Source: Camelus ferus | Taxonomy: Eukaryota | Reading direction: 5' to 3' | DNA length: 64,000 nucleotides | Assembly: GCF_009834535.1 (NCBI RefSeq) | Contig: NC_045696.1 | Span: 87,670,001-87,734,000 of the forward strand | Shown here: in pieces, positions 1-13,300 of the stretch | Layout: every line of letters begins with the position of its first letter | Position numbering within the stretch: position 1 is the first letter of the stretch | Translations under genes and position numbers: made by a program | The notes under the pieces: model-generated | The model's input: the letters and a program-made list of their open reading frames with translations, nothing else | Database searches by the model: none | Told to the model about the DNA's origin: nothing

Positions 1-599
1 CTGTGTGCTCACACTGCTATTTTAGTACATTATGCTTGATTATAAACAGGGTTGGAATAACCACACTCTGATGTTCATTTGATCCCACTCTGAAACACCA
101 CTTCAATATTCATCTCGTGTTCTCTTCTAATTCTTCCTGCTGGGGGTGAATACTTTCCCAAAGCATCAAATCTAGCTGTCTACAGGCTGATCTCATAACT
201 TTTCTCCATATAATCTACATTTGGTTCCTAAAACTATTATTAGTCCTTGGCAAGGATGAACATGCCTGGTAGAGTTTTCATTATTATCCCATACTTCCAG
301 CAATTGATGGGGGCTCAAATAGGTGCCATGTGCTTCAACCTTCACATTACAACCAAAGCTTACAGAAGCTCTTTTTATTTAAGGCATTTACGACATTTGT
401 AGCTCTAAGGAAAAAAGTAAAATTTAAAGATTCTATAATTCATGGAGATCTGTCATCAATTTCAACTAAGAATTAGATTTGTAATTTTAATTTTAAATCA
501 ATGTTAATTAATTTAAAAATTAAAATTTGAAAACTAAAATCTCAAGTTGTAAATTCATAATGAGTAAGGTATGTTTTGAAGTCTAAAACTCATTTCATA

Positions 600-1710
600 A
601 TAAGCAAATGAGACCTAATTAAACTTGATGGCTTTTGCAGAACAAAGGAAACCATCGACAAAATGGAAAGACAACTTACAGAATGTGAGAAAATATTTGC
701 AAATGTTATGACCAACAGGGGGTTAATATCCAAAATACATAAATGGCTCAGACAACTCAGTATCAAAAAAGCACCAAACAACCCAATCAAAAATTGGACA
801 GAAGACCTGACTAGACATTTTTCCAAAGACCAACAGATGACTAACAGACACATGAAAAGATGCTCAACATCACTAATTATGAGAGAAACACAAATCCAAA
901 CAGCAATTAGGTATCACTTCACACCTGTCAGAATGGCTATCATCAAACAAAAAGTCTACAAATAACAAATGTTAGAGAGCATTGGAGAAAGGGAACCCTT
1001 GTACACTGTTGGTGGGAATGTAAATTGGTGCAGCCACTCTGGAAAACAGTATGGAGGTTCCTCAAAAAACTAAAAATAGAACCATTATATGATCCAGCAA
1101 TCCCACTCCTGGGCATATATTTTGAAAAAAATGAAAACACTAATTCAAAAAAATACATGCACCCAAAAAATGTTCACAGCAGCACTGTTTACAACTGCCA
1201 AGATATGGAAGTGACACAAGTGCTCATCAACAGAGGATAAATGAAGACGTGGTGTTACATACAATGGCATATTTATTTCTCAGCCATAAAAAAGAATGAA
1301 ATTCTGCCATTTGCAGCAATGTGGATGGACATAGAGAATATTATGGAAGTGAATTAAGTCAGACAGATGAAGACAAATACTGCATGGTAGCACTTATATG
1401 TGGAATATAAAAAATGACACACATGAATGTATATGCAAAACTGAAACAGATGCAGACATAGAAAACAAACTAGTTGTTACAAAGGGGAGAGGGAAGATGG
1501 GAGGGACAAATTAGGGTTATGGGACTAAGAGATACAAACTACTATACATAAAATAAGTAAGCAACAAGGATGTATTATATAGCACAGGGAATTATAACCA
1601 TTATCTTATAATAACTTTTAATGGAGTATCATCTGTAAAAATACTTAATCATTATGTTGTACACCTGAACCTAACAGAATATTGTAAATCAGCTATACTT
1701 CAATTAAAAA
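600..1710 (+). mobile_element. 5'-truncated LINE-1 (ORF2 C-terminus + 3' UTR), cetartiodactyl-type
   Basis: ORF track peptides CEKIFAN...[24 protein letters not shown]...[12 protein letters not shown] and [15 protein letters not shown]...[11 protein letters not shown] are L1 ORF2 C-terminal motifs, split by frameshifts; 3' UTR ends ctatacttcaattaaaaa. Confidence 0.95.
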
Positions 1711-2029
1711 TGTTTTGTGTGTTTATATGCATACATACAGCAATTAACAAAACTTCTTAAAAATTATCTTTTTATGTGTGGAGTAACTTGCTGGGACACA
1801 CAAACACACACAGCAATAAGGGAGTTATTTGAAAATATTTCGAATGAAGGCGTACGCCTCCACTAACACAATGACTGAAGGTTGTGTGGTTATCTGGGAA
1901 ATGCACAGGTAGAAGAAATCACCTTGTGGCCACTTAAAGTAAAACACCTAGAAATGTCACAAATAGCTCCACTGTCTACAGAAAATGGTATAACATGGCC
2001 CTATTTTATGAGAAGATTATTAAGGGAAA

Positions 2030-2245
2030 TTTGCCTCTAGAAGCTGGGAACAGCCCTCAGCCGATGGTTTCAAGAAGATGAAGACCTCAGTACTGCAAAC
2101 ATAGGCACTGAACTCTGCTGACAACCTCAATGGATAGGAAAATGGATTTTTCCTTAGAGACTCTAGAAAGAGGACTTCTGCAGACACCTTGATTTTAGTC
2201 TAGTAAGACCCATTCCAGACTCCTGATCTATGCACTATAAAATAT
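2030..2245 (+). mobile_element. MaLR LTR fragment (MLT1D/E-like)
   Basis: gcctctagaagctgggaacagccctcagc...gaactctgctgacaacctcaatg...gcagacaccttgattttagtctagtaagaccc resembles MLT1 core. Confidence 0.8.
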
Positions 2246-2419
2246 GCACCCAATCTATGCACATTGGGAAAATAACACCACAACATATGAAATCACTTGT
2301 GAGTTTACTTTCTACCTACTAAATAATTATTTAAAAAAGAAAACTTATTATTGAGAAACTATCTTATTTTAGTATTTTATTCAACTCACTGTCTGTATCT
2401 ATAACGTACTGTACTATGT

Positions 2420-2970
2420 TCCAGATGAGAAGCTAAATCTCCACCTTTAAGGAGCTGAACATTTAGTACAAATTCCAGTTACTAAAATGAGACATTTACA
2501 GTTTTCCTAGGGAACAGCCTGTCATCCAGTTGGTTCTAAGTACAGGGTACAGAAAGAAGTACGAAAGAAATCTGAGTATCTTGATTGAATTTGATTGTTA
2601 ATGACCAAGATAAGAGAAGTCTGCATTTAACTAGGTAAGAAATGGAGAAGCTGTTGTTTTTTTGCAAATTAGTGCTATGATCAAATCTTACCTTAGGAAG
2701 ATTAATCAGGAAGTCATAAATCCCCAGATTTATTGAAATAGCTCAGGGTATTCTATGGGAATGGAAACATGGATCTGATGACAGAATAGCCCAGAAGTTA
2801 GACAGACAAAACTTGGTAACAAGTTTGGTAGGAGAGTGAAGAGAATAGACAATTAAAGCATAATTTCCTATTTATGAATATGAATGACTTAATATTAGTG
2901 ACATTTCCAGTAGAAATTTGGAAGTCATAAAAATCTATTTTTTAAAAAAATGGTGAGTTTTGCTTTGAGC
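2420..2970 (-). mobile_element. L2 relic
   Basis: gtgctatgatcaaatcttaccttaggaagattaatcagg and aaaacttggtaacaagtttggtaggagagtgaagag resemble antisense L2; heavily diverged. Confidence 0.5.
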
Positions 2971-3795
2971 CCAACAACAACATTCTCTGAAAGAGAATGA
3001 AAAAAAACCTCACTTAAATATTTGGATGTTCTGTTTTCTCTAAAATGTGCGCCGAGTGCTTTTATTATATGGTTATTTTATGATATAACATTGATGTTAT
3101 TCCATATGTTTTTGCCAACATGACCTTGGCTAGTTCAAATTCATCATCTAAATACTTAGCCAAGTAATTTCTTTATCACAACTGAGATACTAAACGAGAT
3201 TGCTAACTAAATCTAAAGCTACTTTAACATAGACATTAAAGTTTACTGTTGACAGTGATTATATTTAAGTTGTCTAGGAAAAACACTATTCTAAGACATT
3301 TTCAGAAACTGATAGCTGTAAAGAAAGAGACTGCATATATTGGTATACAGCATAACATTCAGAGTCCCCAGTGTGTCTATATGCACAACAGTCTGGTTGA
3401 CTACGAGTCCATCCATATCTGACCTAGACTGTACACTGCATGCACATTGGATTGGCTGTTGAATTTGTGATTTGATGATCCACAGAGTTACACTATTTTG
3501 AGATATTATTATAGCAGTCAAATCTCACATGCTAATGAGCTTGGACATTGCTTTATCTGATCACATGTAAATACTATTTGTAGCTCTTTAGGATTATTTT
3601 ATAACTTTTCACGGTTTATTTGAAATACAGAATATCAGAAAACTGACAACATTTCAAGTTAAATTTTTTCTGCTATTGTCATTTCCTTCTAATTCTAAAG
3701 TTAAATGTGAAGTTGAAAGCATGTGAGAAAGTGAAAGTATGTGAAATAAGTGAGAAATAAAAAGGTAATATTTTCTTTGGCTAATCTGTTTTCAG

Positions 3796-3843
3796 TTTTG
3801 AGAGAACTGTCTCATTCTAGAAAGAAGTATAAAGAGGCAGCAG
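3796..3843 (+). other. Candidate exon (48 nt, frame-preserving)
   Basis: ttttctttggctaatctgttttcag|TTTTGA...GCAGCAG|gtaatc; open frame LRELSHSRKKYKEAA, not recognised. Confidence 0.25.
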
Positions 3844-4869
3844 GTAATCTCTCAGACATTCTAAATTGCTTCTAAATTAGAATTTTTTATGAATGTTTTA
3901 ATATATTATTTTATATTTGGTCCCTGGGGTGGACATTTACTTGAGTGCAATAGAGATCACATCATAATCAGCTAAAGTACCCTCCTCAAAAGGGAAAAGA
4001 AATCAAAGCCTTTCCTTTTCTTAATCATTAAATTCTGGTTTAATTCTGCTGATGCTATTTATTTATGTGAAAATCTGAAAAAAAATTGGAATCCATATAC
4101 TCAGTATTCATTAAGTGAACATTGCAGAATATCCCTAATATCTCTAAGTAACAATTCTGACTCAAGTACCATCTAATAATATTTGAATGAATGTAAAACT
4201 TTTTAAATTTGGAGATGCAACTATATGAAGATATTGACTACATTTGTAGGTTAGTGATAACTGGAAATAAGGCAGATTGTTTCAATAAGCACTTCTTAAT
4301 TGATTCTTCAGTATTTCCCAAATCTATGTCAAACTTGAGAATACACAAACCACAACTAGGGTAACACTATCTAAAAATTAAAATTAAGTCTTACTCCATG
4401 AATGTATTTTCAACTGTAACTTATCAATGCAAAAGAGAAGTTTTGTCTTTATGATTCATAAAATAATTCAGCATTGTAGAGGATATAAACAGCATAGTTT
4501 GATTAACTTCCTATTAAGATAATATATCTGAGCCCCAGCTTGAGAACATGGTTTCATCATTGTGCAAATCTTGTGCCCATATTAAGCTAACATGTAATAT
4601 CGAGGTCATCATTCTTCAGAGTGTGTATGAGATAAATCAGGATGATATGAAACCCATTGGTATTCTAAGATCATTTTCATTGTTTTTCAGTCCATTAAAT
4701 TATGGCCTAAAATGTTTACTGTTGAAAAGGGCACTCTGCTAAGCTATATGAAGGATTCAAGTTAAAGATGTGGTACAGGATATGAGCTGCCAGTGTGAGC
4801 AATATTAGATACAGTGAAAGAGGTATATGGTTAATTTAATTGAGTATCACAATAATAAGTATCACAAAC

Positions 4870-5300
4870 CCTTAAAATTTGTGTAACATTTGACTTAGTC
4901 ATTCTACTTCCATAATTATCTCTTTAAAACCGAAGTGTATAACTGAACAACAAGTTTAGCAAAAAAAAAAAATGATTTTCACAGAGATGTTTCTTTTAGT
5001 GAATAATTTTTAAAAATCAAATATATATCTCTGGAGTACAGATTAAATATGTATTTTATGTCCACAGAATGAAGTAATAATTCTATAAAATTCAAAAATT
5101 ATATTGCAGGAGAATGTTCAAAAATATTAAGTTGAAAGCAACAGGTTGTTTACATTTAGATATAGACGGATTGACAGAGATAGATAAGTATTTATAGAAA
5201 GATAGATAAATAATAGAAAGAAGATAGAAAGATAGATATATAGACAGATTAAAATATTGACTGATTATCTCTGGGTAGTGATAAAAATATAATTTCTTTT
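4870..5300 (+). mobile_element. Ancient L1ME-type 3' relic containing a degenerate (TAGA)n tract (~5157-5250)
   Basis: aacatttgacttagtcattctacttc and aaaatattgactgattatctctgggtagtg resemble L1ME 3' ends; taga repeats visible. Confidence 0.5.
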
Positions 5301-5779
5301 TCTTCTTTGTTTTAGTTTGTATCTGTGGCTGCAGAATTTTGGAGGGGGGGCAGGAGCATGTATTTCATTTTTCAATCAGGAAAAGGCAATTCTTTAAAAG
5401 GAAAAAAAATTATAATTGAGTCAGCCTAGACAATATACCAAAAAACCAAACACGGCAAGTTTTTTAATTAACTGTTCTGAAGTATTTTCCACAGGATTCT
5501 ATATTTAAAATAATACAACTTTAGTTGCTCATAAAGGCATGGGCTTTGAGGAGTGACTGGTATTTGGATATTTAGAAGAATGGAAATTACATTCTAAGTA
5601 GTTGGGGTTCTACTATAAAATGACAGAGATGGAAAACATACAGGTTTGTTCAGAAAAGAGCCAAATAGTGGAGAGTGATGGAAGTTCAGTCAGATAAATA
5701 GATTGCAGCCATTCATGGAGGGTCTTAAATGCCTGACCAGATATGATAGGTTTTATCAGAGAAGACACAGCCCCGGTCT

Positions 5780-6202
5780 ACCTCTGCAACTTCAGCTTAT
5801 ACAGCGTTCCTCATTGACTCATTGTTCTCAGATACATTTACCTCCTTTCTGCTCTCTGCCCTAGCTCAGGGCTTTCTGCACCTGCTAGTCTCTGTCTGGA
5901 GTTCCCTTCTCCTTGATGGCCACATGGCTGGCTCCTTTTATCACTCAGATCTCAGCTTGCAGTTCACCTCCATGAAGAATCCTGGCCTGACTACCCACCC
6001 TAACTAGTCACACACTAACACACTGTTGTGCTTTAACTATGAAGCACTTACTATTAACTTTTTGTTGTTGTTTATCATTGCTCTCTTTTGAATGTCACCT
6101 CCTTGCAGGCACAAAATTTGTTACCTTATTTACCACTATATCCTCAGGACTGAGAGGAATGTCCATGAAATATCTGTTGGATAAAGGAATGAATAAATAA
6201 AT
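5780..6202 (+). mobile_element. L2a-type 3' end
   Basis: ctcagggctttctgcacctgc...ccacatggctggctcc...ctcagatctcagcttgcagttcacctcc, ending in an aatgaataaataaa tail. Confidence 0.8.
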
Positions 6203-6516
6203 ACTGATCTGTTCTTAACAGAGGGAATTGGTAAAGAATATGACATGGAGGACAAGAGATTTTTTTGTTTTTTGAAAAAAAAACCTAAGAAAGTTAGTGG
6301 TATCTATGTTATTCTTATGAGTTTAGCTTACAGAACACAGGAAGACAATTCATATTATTTTTATTCACATTGGTATACTGTTTACTAAACACTTTGGAAT
6401 ATATTATGATTATTATCAGTTTGGCATTTAATTCTTTCTTTCTTCACTTAAATTGTAGAAAAACTGTAAGAAGGAAAGTAAACATTCAAACTGTGCTCAT
6501 TTCCCAAAACCCCTGT

Positions 6517-6547
6517 ACACACACACACACACACACAAACACACACA
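6517..6547. repeat. (CA)n microsatellite
   Basis: acacacacacacacacacacacaaacacacaca. Confidence 0.95.
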
Positions 6548-7462
6548 AGTCCACAATACCTCAAATGGGAATAAATAGCAATTACTCCTAAGCATTCAGG
6601 GACAAAAGGATACTAAAATGGTGAAGTTTAGTCATATACAACCAACACATAAAATTAAATCTGAAAAAATATATATGTTTTAGGATTAGTGTGCATAAAA
6701 TATTTAAATGAAATGTTGCCAGGTTAAATTAATTTTCAGAGCATATTCAGAAGATAATTACATCAATAATGAGTGGATTTAAAATCTTATGTGAATAAAT
6801 CTTTAAAAGAATTTAAGAACCTACTTAGAATGATCAATGTCAGACAATGTCAAGACATTTTCATTTTCTGAGTATAAAGCATGAGCTTGGGTTTACTTTA
6901 GATGTTTTTGATGCTTAAGCTGTAAACCACCAACATTATGCTTTTTGTATGCTATATTTATTCCCTGTCTGACAAAGGCACAAGTCAGACCACTGAAGAA
7001 TTATACTTTTATAAAAGAATTTCTATCAAGCCTTCATTTTGGTTTTATTGCAATATCTTATTTTTCTAGACTTTGATTAGAATCCTTTCAATTCTAAAGG
7101 GACTCTCTCAAAAACATTGTTTTAATAAATTATCATTACACTAGACATAAAAAGACAATGCATCTCTAGAAATATTTAGAACATTGTGTAAACATATATT
7201 AGGACCATACTTATCCTTTGTGTATGCAATTATTTGAGATGACAAAGTATTTTTAGAACTAAGTTACAATATTTAGATTTAAGTGCACTACTAAAAAAGT
7301 AACCTTTTTAACAATCCCTTTGATCATTAGTAATCACGTTTTAATTGTCCTGATATTACATGTATATGTGCTTATGCAGCAAAATGATATTGAAATTGTA
7401 AGTTTCAAAATGTTAAAGAAAAGCTCAATTAAAAAATATTTTCTGTGACTTTGCCTAGAAGT

Positions 7463-7690
7463 CAATTTATCAAGAGAACCCAATTTATCAAGACAGAAAG
7501 TATAATGGAGGTTACCACGGCTGGGAGGGGAAGGAAAGAGGAATTATTGTTTAATGAGTATAGAGTTTCTACTTGGGATGAAGAAGAAGTTTTGGAAATG
7601 GGAAGGATGGTAGTTACTGGCACTGAATGTATCACTTAAAATGGTAAAAATGGTAAATCTTATGAGTATTTTGGTACAGTAATTTTTTTT
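7463..7690 (+). mobile_element. L1MB-type 3' end fragment
   Basis: gacagaaagtataatggaggttaccacggctggg...gaattattgtttaatgagtatagagtttc...cacttaaaatggtaaaaatggtaaat. Confidence 0.8.
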
Positions 7691-7827
7691 AAGAAAAAAA
7701 AAGGATATTTTTATGCTGAGCAAATTCTGGAAGGGTAGAAAGGCAAACCTGAGAACAGAAGAGACTTCAGGTACTATCCAGCTCCTGAACAGACTCCTTA
7801 CTTAATGGATAAGAACTAACGGTCCAA

Positions 7828-8006
7828 GGAGGGATAATTTTGGAATTTGGGATTAGCAGATACAAATTACTATATACAAAATAGATAAACAACAAGATCC
7901 TACTGTGTAGCACAGGGAACTATATTCAATAGCTTGTAGTAATCTATAATGAAAAAAATATATAGATATATATGTATAAATGAATCAGTATGCTATACAC
8001 CAGAAA
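7828..8006 (+). mobile_element. Short cetartiodactyl L1 3' UTR fragment
   Basis: gggattagcagatacaaattactatatacaaaatagataaacaacaagatcctactgtgtagcacagggaactatattcaa; similar to the in-window copies at ~13060-13140 and ~56960-57050. Confidence 0.9.
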
Positions 8007-8229
8007 GAAAATTGAAAGATCCTACTCTTTCATAAAGAAGGTCAAAGTAAGAAGAAAGTGAAATTTCCAGAACCAGTGGGAATTATGCAACGGAGAAAAA
8101 AAGAAGAAGTGAATGGTATCTGAAGTTTCTAAATTTCTGGAAACTTTAAAAATTCCTTGACTGCTATGTTTGTCACCTCTGGCAGCTTGCCCAAAAAGCT
8201 TTATAGTAAACTCTAAAAAGGAAAAGGAC

Positions 8230-8775
8230 TGGGCTAGGGAGAGGTGTCAACCCATACACTCATTCTTCCACTACTCTCCTCCATACAGCTGGGTCCCAGA
8301 CGTCTTCCAGCTGAATTTCTCATATGCACTTGCTTCCAAGGTTTCAATGGAGTTCCGCTGATAAGAGGCAGTAGTTGGAGAATAGAGGGTAGAAGAAAAG
8401 GAGATGTTATTTTCCCACTTCTGATTCCTGTAGTGGCAGCAGTGGGCAACTGTGAGATGCTATGAGAGATGCCTGTGAGCCTAAGATAGCAGAGATGCCC
8501 TAGACAATGGTGGCAGTAGGTCACTGGGGCTGTCTCGGAGGACTTGAAGGTTCCAGAAGCATCAGCAGCAAATACAGCCCTGTCAGTGGGGCTGTGGGCT
8601 CCTGGCTCCCTGCCCTGGGTCAGAGGCTGCAGTTCCAACAGCAGCAGTGGCAGCAAGATAGCTCCAGGAGCCTCAGTGGCAAATACATTGTGAGCTCTGA
8701 ATAACACTACCCTCCCTGTCTTGCACTCTGCTTTACCAATCAATTAATTCCCTATATGAAATGTCTGCATTTATC
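8230..8775 (+). mobile_element. Old ERVL-class LTR (LTR33/LTR41/LTR16-like)
   Basis: GC-richer block with gcagcagtggcagc motifs ending ccaatcaattaattccctatatgaaat, directly upstream of ERV-L internal sequence; family uncertain. Confidence 0.45.
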
Positions 8776-8789
8776 AGTATGATTAACTT

Positions 8790-10140
8790 CCCAAAGGCCT
8801 TTGATTCAGTGTGTCTGCTTAAGCTGCTAAGAGTGGCTTTAACAATTATTGGTTGGTTGACTAGAACCTGAACTCAAAAGTGATTTACATTAAATGAGCT
8901 TGATATGCCAGAACTTCCTGATTATAATACAGAGGAAAGATCCAAATGCATAAGGAGATACAAATATTGGAGTACATAATTGAATTATGGGCAACCAACC
9001 TACCAATCCCCCAATATCTCCCAAATTTAAGAAATGCATAAATGAGGGGGGAGTTCTACATTCTTAGAAAATGTCATAGTTGTTCTCTGCAGGTCAGAGA
9101 TCAAGGTGGGAGATGTCATTGAAATGTGAGTTTCTGGGCTGACAGAGGCCGCATGGCAGCACCTTAACTCCCGAGGCATGGTGGTCAGAGTTACTATAGT
9201 GGGCAGCAGATCCAGAGCAGTAGTCAGAATATCTTGAGCCACAGACATCTTTGGCTGTGGTTAACTGATCACTAGAAATAAATTAGAGGTCCTCATTCTA
9301 AATAGTTTGTCAATACATAATCACAGAGAAACACTAGGGCTTCTGAGCAGAGGTCTGATTTCGTCACCACAATGGAGGGTCTCATCTTCTTACCAAGTTT
9401 CCATTCCAGAGCTAGATCACAGATCTAGAACCCTTTGAATGAAAGAGGCCAGGTTCACTTAAAGAAGGACCCTGAGATACCACGTGAAGAATGGCCTATA
9501 AACCTTCCTTAACGCTCCCCTGGTGGAAATACTTCGGCTATTTTTCAGGAAAACTAGATAGAAACTGAAAAAAGGAAAAGGCACACATCATTCAGAGCTT
9601 GATAGATTGGCACTGTGTTGATTTAAACTGGGGACCCAAAAACAATTGGGACAATTGGTTGCAGCTGAGGCTTATGGGAATCAGGTGATAAATGGGGCCA
9701 ATGGCCTGAGTCGCTCTCTCTCTCAAAGGACTCAATGGATTTGACAACCCAGCTTTGGGTAATTTCCAAAGTTCCCGAAAGCAAAGTTGAAATAAACAAG
9801 CCAGTGGGAACATTTAGAACTCCCCCTCCCAATCAGCATTGTAAGCCCAAAGCAATAATACACACAAGGGGAGAGGAAGTGGGGTGACTCAGTGCTGTAA
9901 GAAAGTGCATTAAGGAGAACTGGAACTTGAGACCCTTCTTCAATCTCTTTTAGAGACAGAAACTAGACTCCACAGAATAGAACAGATTGTCAGTCATATG
10001 GAGGCAGCAACACAGGCTAAATTATGGGGCCTGTGAGAGAAAAGCTAAACTCATCTTGCTGGTGAAAGATCAGTATACCTAGGTGTGTAGCTGGAAGGAG
10101 ACCGTGGGAGGTGTTCCCCCAGGCAGACAACTTCATTATG
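8790..10140 (+). mobile_element. Decayed ERV-L (class III ERV) internal remnant: gag-pro-pol fragments
   Basis: Translated pieces NELDMPELPDYNTEE/IQMHKEIQILEYI (from 8893), TDLEPFE* (~9419, gag end), AYGNQVING (9670, protease) and LELPLPISIVSPKQ (~9815, RT start) are colinear with ERV-L as recalled; many stops and frameshifts. Confidence 0.85.
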
Positions 10141-10646
10141 GGCCTTAAACATCAACATACAATATATTCTCCATGGACAAATCTCCCAATAACTACCTTA
10201 ATGATGTTCGACAAAAGTGGTAAGTCTCTTTTGCCAAAAGCTCCTCTTGGGCAATATTTTATTTCCATTACCAGCCTGTTTTTTCCTTTGTTTTTCCTCA
10301 AGCTGCATTTAATTTCCTTGAATATACTCACTGTGGTCATTGTGAAGAAAATCCCATGACATTAACAAATGAAAACAGTATAAAAGGACATATGTCTTGT
10401 TAGCCGTGTTCCCTCAAAAGACTTCAAAGGCCGAAGCTAGAACCCAGAGTATTATGGTGATTAAATGAAAACTACTCAGAGGAAAAAAAACAATTTTGAA
10501 ATGTTGCTCAAGCCATCCCTGTTGGTTTCAATTGCCCAGGAATTCGGTTTTATGAGGTTGTGGCACATAGCTTTTGCATATCATCATGCTAATGTTATAA
10601 GTATTAGTCAAGATGTCAACTATCAAATAAAATGCAACAATGGTTT

Positions 10647-11207
10647 TGTAGGGGAGCAAAATTTGCTACCCCAAAATATTTCTCTTTAGTATAAGAATTA
10701 ATTTAGGCTGCTTATCTTTAAGACACAGAAGACTCAGAAATTCTGTCTTTTCACCTTCCCCTTAGCTGCCCTAAAATTTAGATAAAGAACCTCTTCTCAG
10801 AATAGAGCTATCACCAGAGACATCTGCACAGAACAAAGCTTAGGTGTGGTAGGGGAAACTCCAGGCAAGGCCTAGAGATCAGAGGCCACTCTGTGTCCCC
10901 TTATCTCTGCAGGGACCAGCAAACATTTGTTTACCAAACGTTTGCTTTTCTACCTCCATGTTAATTGCCTTCCACCCCTCTGAAGTCTCAAATCACTATC
11001 CCCAACATCCACTTTTGTCTTTAGCTAAAGATAGTATTTAAGGTGAGGGTTTCAGCCATCTTGGTGAGTTACTCAGCTTTCCTGGATCTCTCCCACGTAT
11101 ACATGTTATTAAACTTGTGTTTGACTTTCTCCTGTTAATCTGTTCATGTCAATTTAATTCTTAGACCAGCCAGAAGGACTTAGAGGAGAATTTCTTTCTC
11201 CCCAACA
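10647..11207 (+). mobile_element. Solo ERV1 LTR, MER34-like
   Basis: TG...CA termini (tgtaggggag / ctccccaaca, imperfect inverted repeat), tatttaa TATA-like box ~11036, attaaa polyA signal ~11108. Confidence 0.85.
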
Positions 11208-11719
11208 ATATCAATAAATATTATAAATAATACTTAATTACATCTAGAGTATGGCAATTACTTATAATATGCTGTCTGAATTATACCATATTTTAAGCGT
11301 TGATTGATTGTTTAATACTAAATATATACATCATGAGACTTTTATAGTAAATCTTGAGCTGCATAATAAATATTAAAACAAATTTTCTGATGGATTTATC
11401 CAGAATCTTCAAAGAATAAAATATGGAAATAAAAATTCAGAAAAAAAATTACAAGTTCAACTAGCTACATAAAACATGAACTCTTCAGGTAATGATGATG
11501 AAACGTTTCAGGAAGTTTCAAATATATGTTATGATGTGTATGTACAGCTACTTCATTTCTACTAAGTTTTTCCTGCTGCTCAAAATTAAAACATATTACT
11601 GCAGAAAATATTTGAACCCTTGAAAATAGAGATGTTTAATAAATTGTTTGAAATCTATAATATTATTATTGATTATTTTATACAAATATATATACATTAG
11701 GTACTAAGTTTTAAGCATC

Positions 11720-11900
11720 TTATAAGCTTCTCTTATAAAATAGCCTATCTTATCCTAACAATTCTTTGAGGCAAGTTTTTTTTTTTTTTTTTACAACTGA
11801 TAGATTTAAGCCTAAGAAAAATACAGCAACTTAAGTAACTTGTTTGAGATAGAATTTCCACTGAATAGACAATATATGGACTCAAGTTTCTTCGGAAAAC
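11720..11900 (-). mobile_element. MIR relic with internal poly-T
   Basis: tatcctaacaattctttgaggcaag...tttacaactga...ttaagtaacttgtttgagat. Confidence 0.5.
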
Positions 11901-12870
11901 CAGTGATGTTTATATGGTGCTATTGCTTCCATTTTGAATCTTTAAATTCTGAAACATACACATACAAGATATTGCAGAATTTTTCATATTTCAATATACA
12001 TTTTAAAATCTCCTTGAAATGTATCTCATGCAATTAATTACATCATTAACTATTCATATGCCAATAATATTTAGTTCAGATGGAAATTTCTGCAGGGATA
12101 TTTTCCTAGCATAGTTATTAAAATATGTGCATTAACAAACTTAAATATCCCACACAATACTTGCAAGTTAACAATTACTCCTTTGTTAACTACAGCTATA
12201 AACATTCAATTAAAGAAAGATATTGTATTGCCAACTTTTATTTTAATGTATTCAAATACATTAATATATACTAAAACATATTAGTTTGGCAAGAGTTCTG
12301 TGATATTTTGTACATTATATGCCATTTCTTAAATAAAGACTTCATTTTAAGAATTATGGCTCAAACACATTATGGCCTCAAGTTATATATAATAAGTTAG
12401 TAATACAGACATAAAATAAGTCATTTTTAACAGTTTGCTCCATACTCAAAGGTAAAAGAAATATTTTATTCTATATGTAAACATTTCTGAAGGATCCAAA
12501 AGTACTTTCTTCACATTTGCATATACCTTTTGATAGTATTATTGTACATTTTCTACACAAGACAAATATGGAAACATCATATAACATATTGTCTTGTTAA
12601 ATAGTTTTTTAGCTTTTGAGAGTTTGATTAGCAGCTACACAATGGAACAAAGGCTTGTTAACATATCCACACAATTAAGCTAGCCCTCCACTGATCCCAC
12701 TGTCACCACAATTCCTTGCTTTCTCTCCATAACACATTTTCTATGTTAACCATTTTTGGAAAGACACACAAACATACAAACCAAAAACTCTTGGTCGGTG
12801 ACTTTCAAATCAAATTGGAAACATTTTCGCGATGCAAAAGAAAATAAAATATAAATAAAATATAAATAAA

Positions 12871-13300
12871 CCTGGAGATTGTCATTCCAAGTGAAATAAG
12901 CCAGGAAGAAAAATACCATATGACATCACTTACATGTGGAATCTTAAAAAAAAAAAAAAGACAAACTTATTTGCAAAACAGAAACAGACTCTCAGACATA
13001 GAGAACAAACTTGTGGTTACTGGCGGGGAAGCAGGGTGGGAGGGGATAAATTGGGGGTTAGAGATTTGCAGATACTGATATATATAAAATAGATAAACAA
13101 GTTTATGCTGTATAGTGCAGGGAACTATATTCGATATCTTACAGTAACTTATGGTGAAAAAGAATATGAAAATGAATATATGTATGTTCATGTGTGACTG
13201 AAGCATTGTGCTATACAATAAAAATTGATACAACATTGTAAACTGACTATATGTCAATAAAAAATACATATATATATACACAAAAAACTAAAAAAAATAA
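12871..13300 (+). mobile_element. Young 5'-truncated L1 3' UTR (camelid-like)
   Basis: cctggagattgtcattccaagtgaaataagcc...gggataaattggg...gagatttgcagatac...aacattgtaaactgactatatgtcaataaaaaa plus A-rich tail. Confidence 0.93.

Noticed and set aside
663..1240. 100-aa and 71-aa ORFs as a gene
   Set aside because: Frameshifted L1 ORF2 C-terminal debris; the same applies to ORFs at 15201, 19657, 26010-26737, 41479-42207 and 56470-57053
3291..3521. 76-aa - strand ORF
   Set aside because: Non-ATG start, no splice context, no recognisable homology
8234..8743. Longest ORF in the window (169 aa, - strand)
   Set aside because: Lies in a GC-richer putative LTR where stops are rarer; non-ATG start and no recognisable domain
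9511..9530. CTCF-like ccaccaggggagcg on the - strand
   Set aside because: Mismatches at the key GGC core positions
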